The position numbers and the translations under genes were made by a program. Shown one piece after another: positions 23,584 through 36,488 of a stretch of DNA of 64,000 nucleotides. The notes beneath the pieces are model-generated. The model made no database searches. It had not been told where the DNA came from and was given only the letters and a program-made list of their open reading frames with translations. The stretch is taken from the NCBI RefSeq assembly GCF_036321535.1, contig NC_087444.1, positions 73,780,001 to 73,844,000 of the forward strand. The letters are read 5' to 3'. Positions within the stretch are counted from its first letter, which is position 1. Each line of letters begins with the position of its first letter. This stretch comes from Camelus dromedarius (taxonomy: Eukaryota).

Positions 23584-26500
23584 ACAATTGGTAGTGCCTG
23601 GAAAAAGCTGACATCTAAGGTGTTAGGAACATGTCTATGATTTTCCTGACGATTATTATGCAAACAAGAAATCATGACATCTCTACATACGGCTTGTAAC
23701 GATGCGGGTTGACACTCCATGAAGAGCAAGAATGACCACCAATACCACCCTTAAAAAAAACCCAGAAAAACTCCATACTGGCTTCAGGTCTTGGGAACCC
23801 GGGACCCAAGACTTTTTAGGGATGCCACCTTTGTAGCTTCGAATACTTGGGATGAGGTTGATACACCATCACAAACAAAGGCAAACACAGACTTAGGGCT
23901 CCGATGAAGCTTGAAAACAATGCTGCAGCCGAAAACAAAAGGACTGCCTTTACCCTAAGTCCGCAAGCAACCAGATTTGGTGTCGCTGATGAGAAGAGGA
24001 TGAAGCTGAACTTTGTTCTTCTTGCCCAAGGTGATCAGGTACAAGCGGAACCTCCTACCGGACCCAGCAATGACTCACCCGGTGGGCACTGGTTCGGGGA
24101 CCGAGAAACTGCTGACATGGTGTGAGATTCGGGAACGTGAGAGGGTGACAGCGATGCTGACGAGGCTGAGACACAGGGGGAAAACTCCCCACGGACGAAA
24201 TGGTGAAACGGGCGGCCAGTTCATTGCTGCCCTCCAACAGTAGGTATTTATCAGCAACCTAGAGAATCTAACCCGTTTACTCAATTAAAAGGGCACTGCC
24301 CAGACAACACCCTTGGTTAAAGAGCAAATGACACAGCCAGAAACTCTACCAAGGCCATCTGCCTCATCCTCGGGGATCCCACCCCTGGCCCTGCTCCAAA
24401 TGTCCCACTCCAGCTTTATGATGTCATTGCTGCCCCAACCAATGACCCCAGTCTCCAGAGTCCTCAAGCCACCAGATGCCATGAGCATTCACTGCAGGTG
24501 AATATTTAGGTACTTTGGTTTCCTTGGTACTTGGATGTGTGACATGATGTTTTACTAAACCTTTTCCTTAGAAACAAAAAACGCCTGATACTTACCATCT
24601 ATTTTTAGTGCACTGACTCCTTCATGAAAGTAATTCATTGCTTTATTTTTAAAATAAACTTGACTTTTAAATGGAGATATTATTTACAGCCTTTATCCAA
24701 TTTAGTATGCATATTCATACATTTTATTGGGGAAACATTCATGTGTTTGATGAATGGTGCTGCATCAGACACCACGGCTGCTTTTATTCGGTGTAGAGCA
24801 TAGGCACCAAAGTACCAGTCTAGAATCTGCAAAATTTTGCATTTTGAATGACATCTGGTTCCAAGGGTTTTGGATAAGGTTTGCAAACCAAGATATCTAG
24901 AACCTGACTCCCTCTAGACATCTCCTCTTCTTGGAACCTGGTGCAAACAACTGTTATCTCGCGCCTGGACTCTCCCAGCGGCCCTTTCACTGCTTCCCGG
25001 CCTCCGCCCTCATCCACACACACTGCTCTCCATGTGGCCACCAGAGGCCACCAGTTCCCACTTACAGCAACGTCCCTGTGCTCAGAACCCTCCACGGTTC
25101 CTGTTCAAGCAGTGTCAAAGCTAAGTCCTCATCTTGGACCACAGCCCCAGCACTATCTGCCCCCATTTCCCCTCTGCCCTCATCAGCACCGGTCTCCTCC
25201 TCTCTCGGTTACTCTGTTCCAGCCGCACTAGCTTTCTAGTTACTTTCTCCAACACGCCAGACTCACTTCTGCCTCGGAATCTTTGCAAACGTTGTTCCCT
25301 TTGCCTCTAACACTCTTCCACCAGATATCCCCAAGGCTCCCTCCCTCACCTCCTCTGTGGTGGTCAAGATGGACCTGAGGAAGCGGGATGGACTGCCTAC
25401 CTTGGTTCCTGGCTGTGGGGAAGGGGGGCGGCGACCCTCAGGGCTGGAAGCCCGGGAGACCCTTGGAGATCCAAGACCTGGAAGAGCAGAACAGGACCAG
25501 TGAGGACAGAGAACGCCGAGAAAATCCCGCCCGACCCCATATACTCACCTGAGCGAGGACTGGCGAGCTCTCTGTCGCCTCCTGGGGGCCGCCCCCAGTC
25601 AGCCTCGGGGGATCGAGGTGAGCTCAGTTCTAAGGACTCAGGCAGGCTCTGGAGGAGTCAGGAAAGGAAAATCATCATGATGATTACCATTTCTCAAACA
25701 TAAAGCAGCTGAGACACAGCATAAGTAGGATTAAGATTGAAAACCAGAAGCTAGACCTAGTTTTCAACCCTCAGCTCTGCTTTTTTTTTTTTTTTTTTTT
25801 GGCTGTGTGACCTTGGGCAATTTACTTTACCTCTCTGGACTGTATGTCACCTTTTGATATGAGGATTAATTCATGCATATAAGGCATTTAGAACAGTGCC
25901 TAGCACATGGCAAGGCATTATAAGTGTGAGGTTCCGCAATGATTAAGCATCTGGCATGGTAGGTACTAAGTACTTTATCAGCATTATCTCATTGAATCCC
26001 CTCAGTAAATCTACAAGGCAGCTATTATTATCCCTTTTTTATATGTAGGGAAACTAAGGCTCAGAGAATGAGGACAAAGACTAATGTCACAAAGATAGCA
26101 GAGCTGAGATCTAAACTGAAGTCTCCCGGATACATGATCTGATGGTCAGGACCAGCAGCAGCTCTACCTGGCTATGGTCATAGTGGCTCCCGCTTCCTGA
26201 TGGCTTACTCTATATTAGGCATTTTCTAGTTACAATTTGTCCTTCTTACAGAGCCTTGCAAGATAGGGGTTAAGATTAGCAATGTCTGGTAAATGTTTAA
26301 CAATGGCCTCTCTGGTAGGAAAGAGCCCTAGTTTGCAGTGTTTGCCAATTTCTGCAGTTTAAATACCCTCACTGTGATCTGTTTCAAGCTACCAACTGAA
26401 TGTGACATTGAGAAAAGATGCAGGCGATTGGATCTTGGGAGGTCTTGGGATCTGGCTCCAGCACACCAGTAGACCACACCATAGTATAAGAAATAAGAAA

Positions 26501-29500
26501 ACAAAGGCTTCCAGAGCTTAGGATACTTGCCTGAGGTTGGTTAGCTGATCCAGGGAGAGAGAAACAGGTGAATGGGTGATAAGCTGGGTCAGGGGCAGAT
26601 AGGACAGGAAGCTGGGGATGGGGAAAGGGGTGTGTGAGTCTCACCTCCCTCTCTGAGGACTCCTCGCCTTGGAGTGCAGGGGATGGGGAGTCAGGCTCAG
26701 TGTGGGGGGGTGGTTTCTGGGGGCCTCCCAGACCTGCCAGTGTGTCTTCCACCATCCACAGCTGCTGCTGAGCAGATACTCTGTCCTGGGGAAAGGAAAG
26801 GAATTTGTTGCTCAAAGGTGGGAAGATGTAAGGAGGGTTCAAGTTGATAAGCCATGGAAAGGGTCTGAAATCAGTTGGGCTTTACTTATGGAGTCATAAA
26901 CGGACTGTGTGCATATGGGGGCTATATTTGTGGATATCCATTTCCATATGGATATCCCACTAACTGCACCATTTATCATGAACACTGTTTTTCCTATACT
27001 GCTCTGCAGTGTTACCTCTACTATAAATGGGTGACCATATAAATGTATGTGAGTCTGTTTCTGAATACCCTAGTCTATTCCTTTGGTCCATTTGTCTAAG
27101 CTTAATACTACACTGTCTTCTTATTAACTGTAGCCTTATACTCAGACTTGACATCTAGTTTGTGTTACTCCTGCAGCTTGGTTCTTGGAGGCTCCCTTGG
27201 CTACTCTTGGCCTTTTGCACTTCCAGATAGAATTTTGAGTCAGCTTGTCAATTTCTACCAAAAAAAAAAACAAACCTTCTGAATTTATACTGGGATTGAA
27301 GAGCTCCACTGGAGAAATCAATTTGGGGAGACCATATCTTTACATTAGTGTATCTTTCCTATCCACGAACATGGTATATCTCTCCATTTATGTAGGTCTT
27401 CCTTAATTTCTCTCAATGTGGCTTGCAGCATTGATGTCTTTCATATCTTTCATTAGATTTCTTCCTAGATATTTAGTTTGTTTATGTTAATTATAAACAC
27501 TAGTGTTTATAAATATATATTTTTCTAATTGTTTGGTACTATCATTCAGGAAGACAATTGATTTTTGCATATTATCCTTGCATTCAGTTACCTTGCTGGA
27601 TTTGCTTATTCTAACAGTTTATCTGGACATTATTTTGGATTTTCTACACACATATCTTTCTGTCATCTGTAAATAAAAACAGCTTTACTTCTTCCTTTTT
27701 GGTCCTTATACCTTTGATTTATTTCTCATACTGACTTGTACTATCTAGGATCCCTGGTACAATGTTGACTGGAACTGGCAATAGCGGACATCCTTGTCTT
27801 ATTCCAAATGTTGGGGGAAAGTTTTCAATATTTCACTGCCAATAATAATGTTTGCAGTAGATTTGTTATAGATGCCTTATCAGATTAAGGAAGTTTCTTT
27901 TTATTCCTACTTTGCTGAGAGCATTTATCATGAATGGATGTTAAATTTGTTTAATGTTTTTCTTGCATTTATTGAGATGATCATGTGGTTTTTCTCCTTT
28001 ATTTTATTAAATGTGGTGAAGTACATGGACCTATTTTCAAGTGTTAAATTAATCTTGCAGTCCTGTAATAAACATAATTTGGTTTGTGATGCATTGTTCT
28101 TTTCATATATTGCTGGCACTGAGTAATATTTAACATCAATAGGTGGGGGATTAGAGTTGAGGGGTGGATTTTAGGAAGAAGTGGGAGATGTTTGGCATGA
28201 AGAAGGTGGGATTTAAATCTTGAGTATGCATTTAATAATAGAAGCCAGAGTTTTTAACTAAAGATACATGATTTAGAAATTCTACTGGTAGGCTTAGAAT
28301 GAAGAAGGGGGTCTGAGGCTAAGCAATGGGGCTTATACCTTAGGAGTGAGGCTTGAAGTAAGAGATTGGATTTAGAACTGGAGACTCCAGAAGATAAATT
28401 TAACAGCAAAAGTCAGGATGCAGAATGCAAGAGATGAACTGGCAGGATGGGACAGGGATGAGGGGTGGAGTTTTGACACTGAGGGCACGGCTTCGAAATA
28501 AGAGGAGAGATTTAGAACCAGAGGGTAGAGTGATTCTGAATCTGAAGATAGGTCTTGAAGGGCATGGTCTTAACTACAATAAAAGGTTTAAAGTGAAAGG
28601 AAAAGACAGAGGGGGAGGCGCTTAAATAAAATGGGTGGGGCTTGGTGCTGTGGGCAGGGCTTACATGCCAAAAGGTTTCCAAGTGAACTTAGAGAGGAGG
28701 GTGGAGATTGGGAGCTTGGGGCAGGGATGTACCTGGGGGGACCCAAGGTGCAGCAGGTACTCAAGGGTCTCTCTTAAGGTGCCCAGCTCCTGTTCCAGGC
28801 CGCTGTATGTGTCCCAAACCCGCTCTCTCTCCTCAGGTCCCAGAAAGAGGGAGACAAAAGGTTAGCATGCCCACCCCCCAGATCTTTCCCCATTTCATCC
28901 TACCACCTGAGCAAGAGGAAGGGTGGCCTGGCCCCTGGTGCCTTGGGGCCAGGGGACTACAATTCCTAATGGAATTGAATGGACTACAATTCCCAAGGGC
29001 CTCTTTGCTCAGACTACTGGGAAACCCAGAGTTTGTATAGACCCTGTCATTCCAATGAACTTCTAGTATAGACAAATAACAGCTTTCCCTGAGTCCTCTG
29101 GATTACCTCTGCACTTACCATGTACCAGGTACTGTTCTTAGCTCTCTAATTTTTCTGAAGTAGGTACTATTAATGTCTCCATTTTACAGATAATAATTAC
29201 AGCTAACACCTAAGTATGCTTACCATATACTAGGCACATAAGTGTTAAATATTTATTCATTTATTGACATATATTTATGAAATTTCACAATGACTCTATG
29301 AAGTCAATATTATTTTTATCATCTCAAGTTTACATAAGTGTCATCTAAGGCCCAGAGGGGTTAAGTAACTTTTCCAAGGTCACACAGCAACTATAAGTGG
29401 GAGCTGAGATTAAAAGCCAGGCTATATTAAATATTGTTGTTTCTTGTCTGCTTGCCCCTCACCCTCTAGGACAAGATCATTGGTTTAAAATTTGGGAGGG

Positions 29501-32500
29501 AGGGATTCTCAAGAACTACCTTCCCATGAGCCTTTGAGAGCAGGTTCACTTTAGTAACAACTTGTAGAGTCCTGGAGTCCCTTGGGAGGCATGGCCCTTC
29601 CTAGATGCTCACCTGGGTCAGGTGACAAAGAGTGGCCCTCACACTGACTAATCGGTCCTGCAGGAGGCGCTGGCGCCCCCAGGCCCTTCCAGGAGCTGCA
29701 GCTTCCCTGGTTGTTTGGCCCATCTGCTGTCGGGTCAATTCCAGGGCTGCTTCTAGTTGCTCCTGCATGGAGAAGGAAGGTGGTTAGACTTCTGAAACCA
29801 CACCAAGCCACAGGAAGAGAAGGTATCCTTCTGTATCCGGGCATGCTGGGGATCAGGATGGGCTAAGGGTAGGTGGAGAGGCCAGGTGTCCCTCCCCTGT
29901 CCTAGAGCCCTGTACCTTCTCCTCCTGCCTCCGGTCTATCTCCTCCTGCAGCCTCCTCAGGAGCCGGTCCTGCCCACACAACTTGGTCAACAAAGTCTGG
30001 AGAAAGGGGAATAGGAGCTATTTATGGACCAGATCTGGCTCTTCCCCTTGTCCACTCCCCCATCTCAAACTTTCCCTTCTCAACTCTGAGAACTTAGCAA
30101 AGGTTTGATCAAGGAGAACTTACATCTGTCTCCAAGCTTTGGTGGAAGGTTGAGTCCAGTGGGGGACCCGGCTGAGGAGAAAGAGAAAATTGGGGGTCAT
30201 ATGCCCAAACAGGTCCTTATTGTAGCTCAGTGCTAAGATGAGCCCTGTTTCCACTGAGAGACACCCCTGTCCCTGTTAGCTTTGTTCCAAGCTTTAGCAA
30301 ACCTCAGTAGACCAATTGCCAGATTCTTGGCTTTAGGAAGACCCAATGGGCTCTGCTACCAAATAGCTATAGCAAATACTATAATTCATAGAGAAAACTT
30401 AGACATTTCCTTTTTGACTGAGAATAAAACAAGGACACTCACTACCACTGTTACAGTATTAGAGATCTTGACCAGTGCTATAAGATAAGACAAAGGAAAC
30501 AAAAACTGTAAAGATAGGAAGGGGAATGACAAAACCACCATTGTTTACAGATGAGGTGCTCATCTACCCAGAAAAACCAACAGAATCAAAGAGTATTTAG
30601 AACAAATAAGAGAATTGAGGTGCAAAATGAAGCTACAAACTTCATTAATGGCATATATCTACATCATCAATAACTAGAAAATAAACAAATGTATTTTTAA
30701 ATATAAAAAAGAAGAAAAAATGTATCATTCAAATAACTATAAAAATGATCAGGAATTTAGGAGTTACCTTAACTAACAGCACACAAAATCTCTATGGAAA
30801 AACTTTAAAACTCAAAGACCTAGAAGATTATATGAACGAATGGAGAGATATTCTATATATATGCCACCCAGGTTTCAACAGCCCTAGAAAACTTAATATA
30901 AGCACCTATCCAGGCACCTTGACATACCCTGTCTCCTCTAGGCACACTAGTCCAGGAGATGACATTCACCATAGCAAAGAAAGCAAGGGAGGGGGCTATC
31001 GCAGATTCAAGGTGCCCCAGGATACCTACCAGTAAAACCATGGAAGCCCCGGTCCCAGGAGGTCTCGGGGGGAGCTGGAGATATGTGGAGGAACTAGAGG
31101 GGGCCTGGAAGGAATATTGATATAGAGATGTTGAGAAATTAGAATGTGTGTGACCAGAATTTAAGTGCCTTAGGAGATTCTTTGAGGTTCAGAACTGGGA
31201 CCCCAAAACTGCCTCAACTGCCTGCTCTCCAGCTGTGTGACACTGTAGGGATACAGAGGATGATAATAAATGGACAAGCCTGGCAAAACTGTCCCAGGAA
31301 CTGATGAAAGTTGCACTTTACTCTCACTCTCATGTTTGTGGTTAGTTATGGATTTTCTGGGCTACAATCCCGTGATGCTGAGAGAAAACAGCAGATGACC
31401 AACTTGGAAAGATAAAACTGAAGACACAGGCAGATGCAATCCACACTAGCTTTCTCAGTATTGTCTTAGAGAAGAATATTCTGGACTACAATCTCCATAA
31501 TGCTTAAGGGGTCATGGCCAAAGACCAGCCTGAAAACAGCCCTGAGAACTGAAGGAAGATAAAGTTCACTCTCCCTTTCACACCTGAACCCAGCTGTGAT
31601 TATGCTGAACTACAATCCCCAAGATGCTCAAGGAGTAATGGCCTAGAGACCAGCCTGGAAAGACAGCCCCATGGCCATAAGGGAGATGTGGTCTCCTACC
31701 CTGTTGCCTCAGCTCACCGGTATTCTGGTCTCCTGACTCCAGTGCTGGGGACTTCTGGGGGGCTTTCCTCCTCCAGCTTCGGAGGAGAGTCCTCGGCGGG
31801 GAGTAGGGGGCCTGGAAAGGGTCTGGCGCTGGGGACCCCAATCCAGGGGAGGCCGGACATCGATGCGACTCAGTGGGGTATGCGGTATGGCAGAAGGTGC
31901 TGTATCTCCAGAGGAGGGAGGGGGTCTCCGTGCAGGAGCAGAACGGGGCCGGGGGAGGCTCAGAGGGGAGGGAGGGCGAGAGAGGGGTGTAAACAGACTG
32001 TAGGGAGGAGAAAATAGGTGAACTGGGTCAACTAGAGCCCCCTCACCCCGCTAGCCATCAAGCTAGTCTCCAAGATGTATCTCCCTTCAGTGTGTCTCAC
32101 TGTTCCTCTGGAGTAGAACCCTCCTCTATTAGCCAGATTCTAAAAAACTTCCGCCTTCGTGGCGTCCCCTTCTTAGGCCTTCTCCCGGACAGGCTCTGGC
32201 CCCACAAGAACCCCAGCAAGTCACCTACACATCCACATACCCGCGAGAAAGCACTTGCCTCCAATCAGTCACAGACCCGCCCTTCTCTTAGGCCACGCCT
32301 CCAACTTTTTCCTCTGGAGCTCAGCCCTATAGAACTTTTTGGTCCCAGACTCCCTCATCCAACTCACTCTGGGCTCCTCGTCCTCCGAATCCGGGGTCCA
32401 AACTGCAGGTCGGCCGTGGGGCTAGGTGCGAGCAGCCCGGGTCGGCCACGACCCCTGGAGAGCCGAGCCACTTCTGGAGATTCTGAGCCACGGCCCTCTT

Positions 32501-35500
32501 CCCCTCTGCTCACCTCTGGGGGACCACCAGGGCCGCCAGGGCCCTCCCCAGGCTGGGGACGTGCAGGTGACCTGGGTTGCCCACTAACGAATGGGCATGG
32601 AAAAAGACATCACTCCTTTGACCCTTATAACAGCCCTTATTCCCATTTCACAGATAAGGACCCAGGGACCTACAAAGAAAACAAAGGAGGTGGTGTACTA
32701 TAAATCATTGTCCCTATTTTGTAGATGGGGAAACTAAACCCCGAGTGCGGAAGTGACTTGCGCAGGGCCACAAGGCCCATCCAGGTCGCTGGGCCGAATG
32801 CCCCTGACTACGCGTCGAAAACTGGGGCAGGCAGAGACAGCCTGGAGGCTTTCTCTTTTTTTGAATCTGATATTGTTCAGAAGGCAGCTGCAGAGGGTGG
32901 AGACTTCTGAGCAAGTCAGAGAGTGAGCAATATTGATGGACAAAATGGTGGGCGGAGCTTACAAGAGAAAGCCTTTTTGCTGATTGGAAGAGTTGGAGTT
33001 CCCTGGAGCTGCGGCCTGAAGGGCGGGGTCTCCTTAGCCAGAAGACTTGTGATTGGACATTGAGGGGGCAGGTCCTCAGGGGGAGGAGTTTGGGATGATG
33101 AGCCAGACCCAGATTGGAGGTACAGGGTCAGGGCGTGGCCTTTACGTATACTCACCAATCGTCGCCCTCCGCGCGGGAGGCCCGGCCCAGCGCCCGTAGC
33201 CAGCCCCGCAGGTCCTCTAGTGTGTCGGCCGCCAGAACGTAGGTCCTCATGCCCGGGTGCTCCGCCTGAGGGAGGAGAGAGCTGGAGGACCTGGACGCTT
33301 GGGCCCTTTAAAAAGGAGGTTGCCATGCACCTTAGTCAAGGTCTCTTATCTCCAATAATGGATGCTCTATGTCTGCTCCTAGGCCTAATTCCTTAGTACC
33401 CTTGGGGGATGGACGGACTCACTGTGAAAGTGAAGCGCCGTCCTCGGGGGGCTCCTGGCCCATCTGGCCTGATACTGTAGCTAGGGAGCAGGACGCTTCC
33501 TAGGACACTCTCCTCGCGGCTGTCTGCAAAAGAAGAGCTGGGGTCAGGGATCACAAGGATCTGGAGGCTGAGAAGCTAAAGAAAAGGGAGGGTGACGGGG
33601 TGGGGGGGCTGCCCACCCCATGCCAGCTGGGGCACTGACCCTTGTAATAGAAGAGGCAATGGCCAGAGAGGACAAACCAGCGGCGTTTCCAGAGCCGGAG
33701 CCCGGAGCTGTCCTGGGGGGAGAGAGTGGGAGCAGAGGGCTGAGTAGAGCCAGCAGGTAAAAAAGAGATGGAGACAGTGACACTTGGGGGCAAAGATCCA
33801 GAGAAAGGAGAGAAGCAGAGATACATGTTTGATGCAACAGATTCAGATGGAGAGTGGGAAACATGTGGGTTACAGTTGACGGGACACAGAATCTGGACAC
33901 AGTCAGACCTGAGTTTGACTCCTGGCTCCACCATTTTCAAACTCTGCACTTAAGCAAGTCATTTCCCCACTAGGAACCTCATGTTTTCTCATCTATCATT
34001 GAGGATTGAGAAGTTACAGGAAGGTTGGGACAGATACTATACCACTCATGGCAGGGGCTTTATATAGGAAGACTTGGTCCAATTATTATGGTGTGTGAGA
34101 CCCAGAGAGGCTGGGAAGGTGATGCTGAGCCACAACCTGAATCCTGCATCTCTCCATCTCCTCTGCCAGAACTACTCAATCGCCAGCCTTGTGCCCCTCT
34201 TCTCCTCTTCCATCCATTCCCACAAAAGCAGCATGATCTTTTAAAATTATAAATCAGATCATGTGAGTATAGAAGGTAATTAGGTTTGTTTATTTATTAA
34301 TTTTTAATTCTTATTTTTAATTGAAGTGTAGTCGATTTACAATGTTAGTTTCATGTGTACATCAAAGTGATTCAGTTATACTACACATATAAATTTTTTC
34401 AGATTCTTTTCCATTACAGCTCATTACAAGAAATTGAGTATAGTTCCTTGTGCTATACAGTAGATCCTTGTTGTTTATCTATTTTCTACATAGAAATGTG
34501 TATCTATTAATCCCGAACTCCTAATCTATCCCTCCTCCTCTCTTTACACCCCCGACAACCACAGTTTGTTTTCTATGTTTGTGAGTCTATTTCTGCATTG
34601 TAAATTTTATTTTTTATTTTTAATGGAGGTACTGGGAATTGAAGCCAGGATCGCATGCATGCTAAGCACATGCTCTACCACTGAGCTATACCCTCTCCCC
34701 ACAATGGGCTCCTTCTTGACCTAGAGTTTTCAGCTCAAATGTCATCTCCTCAGAGATGACTTCCCTGACCAACAGTCAAATGTAGCTCTCATCTCTCAAC
34801 CACTTTCCAGCACATCTCTCTGTATTATTTCTTCGCAGAGCTTCATTTGCTACCATGTGAAATCGAGTCCACTTGATATATACGAATTTATTATTCATCC
34901 CTGCCCTGCCCCCATCTTGCATGTACTATAGATACTTGATTGTCTTATTTGCATGACGTGCTCCAGGGCTTGGCATATTGTAAATATTCAAGAAGTGATC
35001 ATTGAATGAATGAATGAATGAATGAATGAAACAACGACAGAATAAGGGAGGAAGCAGTGATAGAAAAAGAGACTTGGAAGGAGAAAAACAGCAGAGAGCC
35101 AGGGGCACAGCCTCCAGCATCACTTGGAATGTCCTTTCCCTTCTTCCACTTGCTCTACCTGTTTATGAAGCCAGCCTCGGATGTGCACAGGGAGGTTGGG
35201 ATCCCTTCTGAGTGCATTGCTTCTCTTCCCAAAGGCATGCACCTTGCTTACTGCCCGGGTGGGCTTCTGAGGAGAGAAGGAGGAAGGAAGTGAACAGGGC
35301 CTTGGGATGGGCTTGGAAAGGTGGTGCAGTTGGACCCAGGCAACCCGAGGCTCAGCTGCCTTTAGAAATCAGGTCAAGGAGGAAGCTGAGTTTGGGGATC
35401 AGAAGGACCTGTGAGTACTGCAGAGTGGAGAGATACTTTTCATGGGTGGAGGGAGCTGTTTGGAGGCAAGGAAGAGGCTACTGGCCAATCAGGAAGGAAT

Positions 35501-36488
35501 CTGGGAATCAAGGATCCACTGCCAAGGAAAGGATGCCCTTGGCCACCAGAGCCAGAGATGTAGTAGAACTTTCGGGATCTGAACTGGCAATACTGCCGGG
35601 GAGGTCCCCATAATCAGGAGGGACCTCCATGCTGAGTCCTTGGTGATGGGCCAGCTGGAATCAAAGGACACCCCAGCACCAGGGAATGACATCCCTTAGT
35701 GACCATGTCGAGGGTGCTGGGGGGAGCTCCAAATCCCTCCATCCCAATAGATGGAGCCCCCTCCCTGGTCCACACAGATATATCAGCCTGATTCTCACAG
35801 GATGCCTTTCCTTGGCAATGGCGCTGCCCCAGGTTGGGATCAAATCTATGGATTCTGAACTTGGGAAGCTAGACATGAGTGAAGGGAATGGCCAGAGGAC
35901 AAGGAAATGAGTGTCATCACTGAACTTTGGACGAGGGTGATGATTTGGGACCCAAGTATCTCTGGCTTCATGGGGCCTGATTGTTGGAGAAGGAGCTTTC
36001 CTGGTCAGATTTCAGAACTGGGTAGATTGGAGGGCTAGAAATAGGACACGAATTCTCAGTCCTAAGAAGAATAGCCACTGCTTCTGAGTTCCTGTATGGG
36101 GAGAGGGGAGGGCTTGGCTTGGGAGCGGCCTTATGTTAGCAACCAGAGTCAAGTGGGGTTGTTACTCCGGCTTCAAATTAGGAAAATACGAGGGGTGGAG
36201 ACAGCTGGGAGTGCCTTGGAATTCCTAGCGGTGGCTGGTGGGCAATTTGGGACCTCTCTAGGGCTGACAGACCCAGTTTGCTAAAGATCTTTGCTCTTAA
36301 CAACCGGAGTCCCTAGGAAGGCACCTAAACCACGGCTTGGATACAGGAGATAGAGGAGCCCAGAGTCCCCCACCTCCTCCCCAGCCCCACCAAGAAGCTC
36401 GAACCTTGGTACTCAGGCTGCCGAGTGAGGAGATGGTGGAAGCACTGCTGGCCAGGCTGAGGCTGCTCCGAGGTCTGCCCTCCTCCAT
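18301..36488 (-). CDS. PLEKHA4: Pleckstrin homology domain-containing A4 (PEPP1), complete, 780 aa, 19 coding exons
   Basis: Exons 36405-36488, 35159-35266, 33640-33712, 33423-33523, 33156-33265, 32368-32583, 31718-31997, 31030-31104, 30124-30171, 29916-29996, 29613-29762, 28733-28831, 26645-26785, 25549-25648, 25401-25477, 20874-21035, 19391-19449, 18871-18983, 18301-18566; total 2343 nt. PH domain ([24 protein letters not shown]...), Pro-rich region, coiled coil, C-terminal VTLLQSSF. Confidence 0.97.
19600..20560 (+). mobile_element. Probable ERV LTR-derived segment
   Basis: LTR-like text with AATAAA about 20511 and ...TTGACAACA end; boundaries uncertain. Confidence 0.35.
21188..21290 (+). 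mobile_element. Internally deleted tRNA-derived SINE
   Basis: A box and B box juxtaposed, same AACCTAATTACC tail. Confidence 0.7.
21530..22098 (+). mobile_element. Probable ERV solo LTR
   Basis: TG start, AATAAA about 21948, U5-like end TTTTCCTGCATCA; family not identified. Confidence 0.45.
23541..23584 (+). repeat. (CA)n microsatellite
   Basis: About 20 CA units. Confidence 0.95.
26850..28110 (-). mobile_element. Old L1 (L1M-type) fragment
   Basis: AT-rich, with typical antisense L1 ORF2-region text (GGACATCCTTGTCTT...GCCTTATCAGATTAAGGAAG...GATCATGTGGTTTTTCTCC). Confidence 0.7.
30290..30870 (+). mobile_element. Degraded L1 ORF2 fragment
   Basis: A-rich L1-like text (TTACAGATGA...CTACCCAGAAAAACCAACAGAATC; ACAAAATCTCTATGG). 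Confidence 0.55.
31357..31680 (+). repeat. Three degenerate copies of a unit with 124-bp period, each starting with an ACTACAATC-type motif
   Basis: Motif positions 31361, 31485 and 31609; copies 2 and 3 share about 60 nt of alignable sequence. Confidence 0.75.
34271..34700 (-). mobile_element. Vic-1-like SINE interrupted by a ~290-bp L1 3'-end fragment (about 34310-34600)
   Basis: SINE head 34612-34700, SINE tail 34271-34305, with an L1 3' UTR (AACAAGGATCTACTGTATAGCAC on the minus strand) between them. Confidence 0.7.

Noticed and set aside
31357-31680. Repeat-spacer appearance suggesting a CRISPR-like array
   Set aside because: Eukaryotic intron, only three divergent copies, spacers partly homologous, no cas genes; treated as a tandem duplication.
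31690-31717. Alternative PLEKHA4 exon 8 donor 18 nt downstream
   Set aside because: The extension GTG AGC TGA contains a stop; no support for use.
32092-32703. 203-aa + strand ORF
   Set aside because: Antisense to GC-rich PLEKHA4 exon 7; no domain, expected by chance in high-GC DNA.
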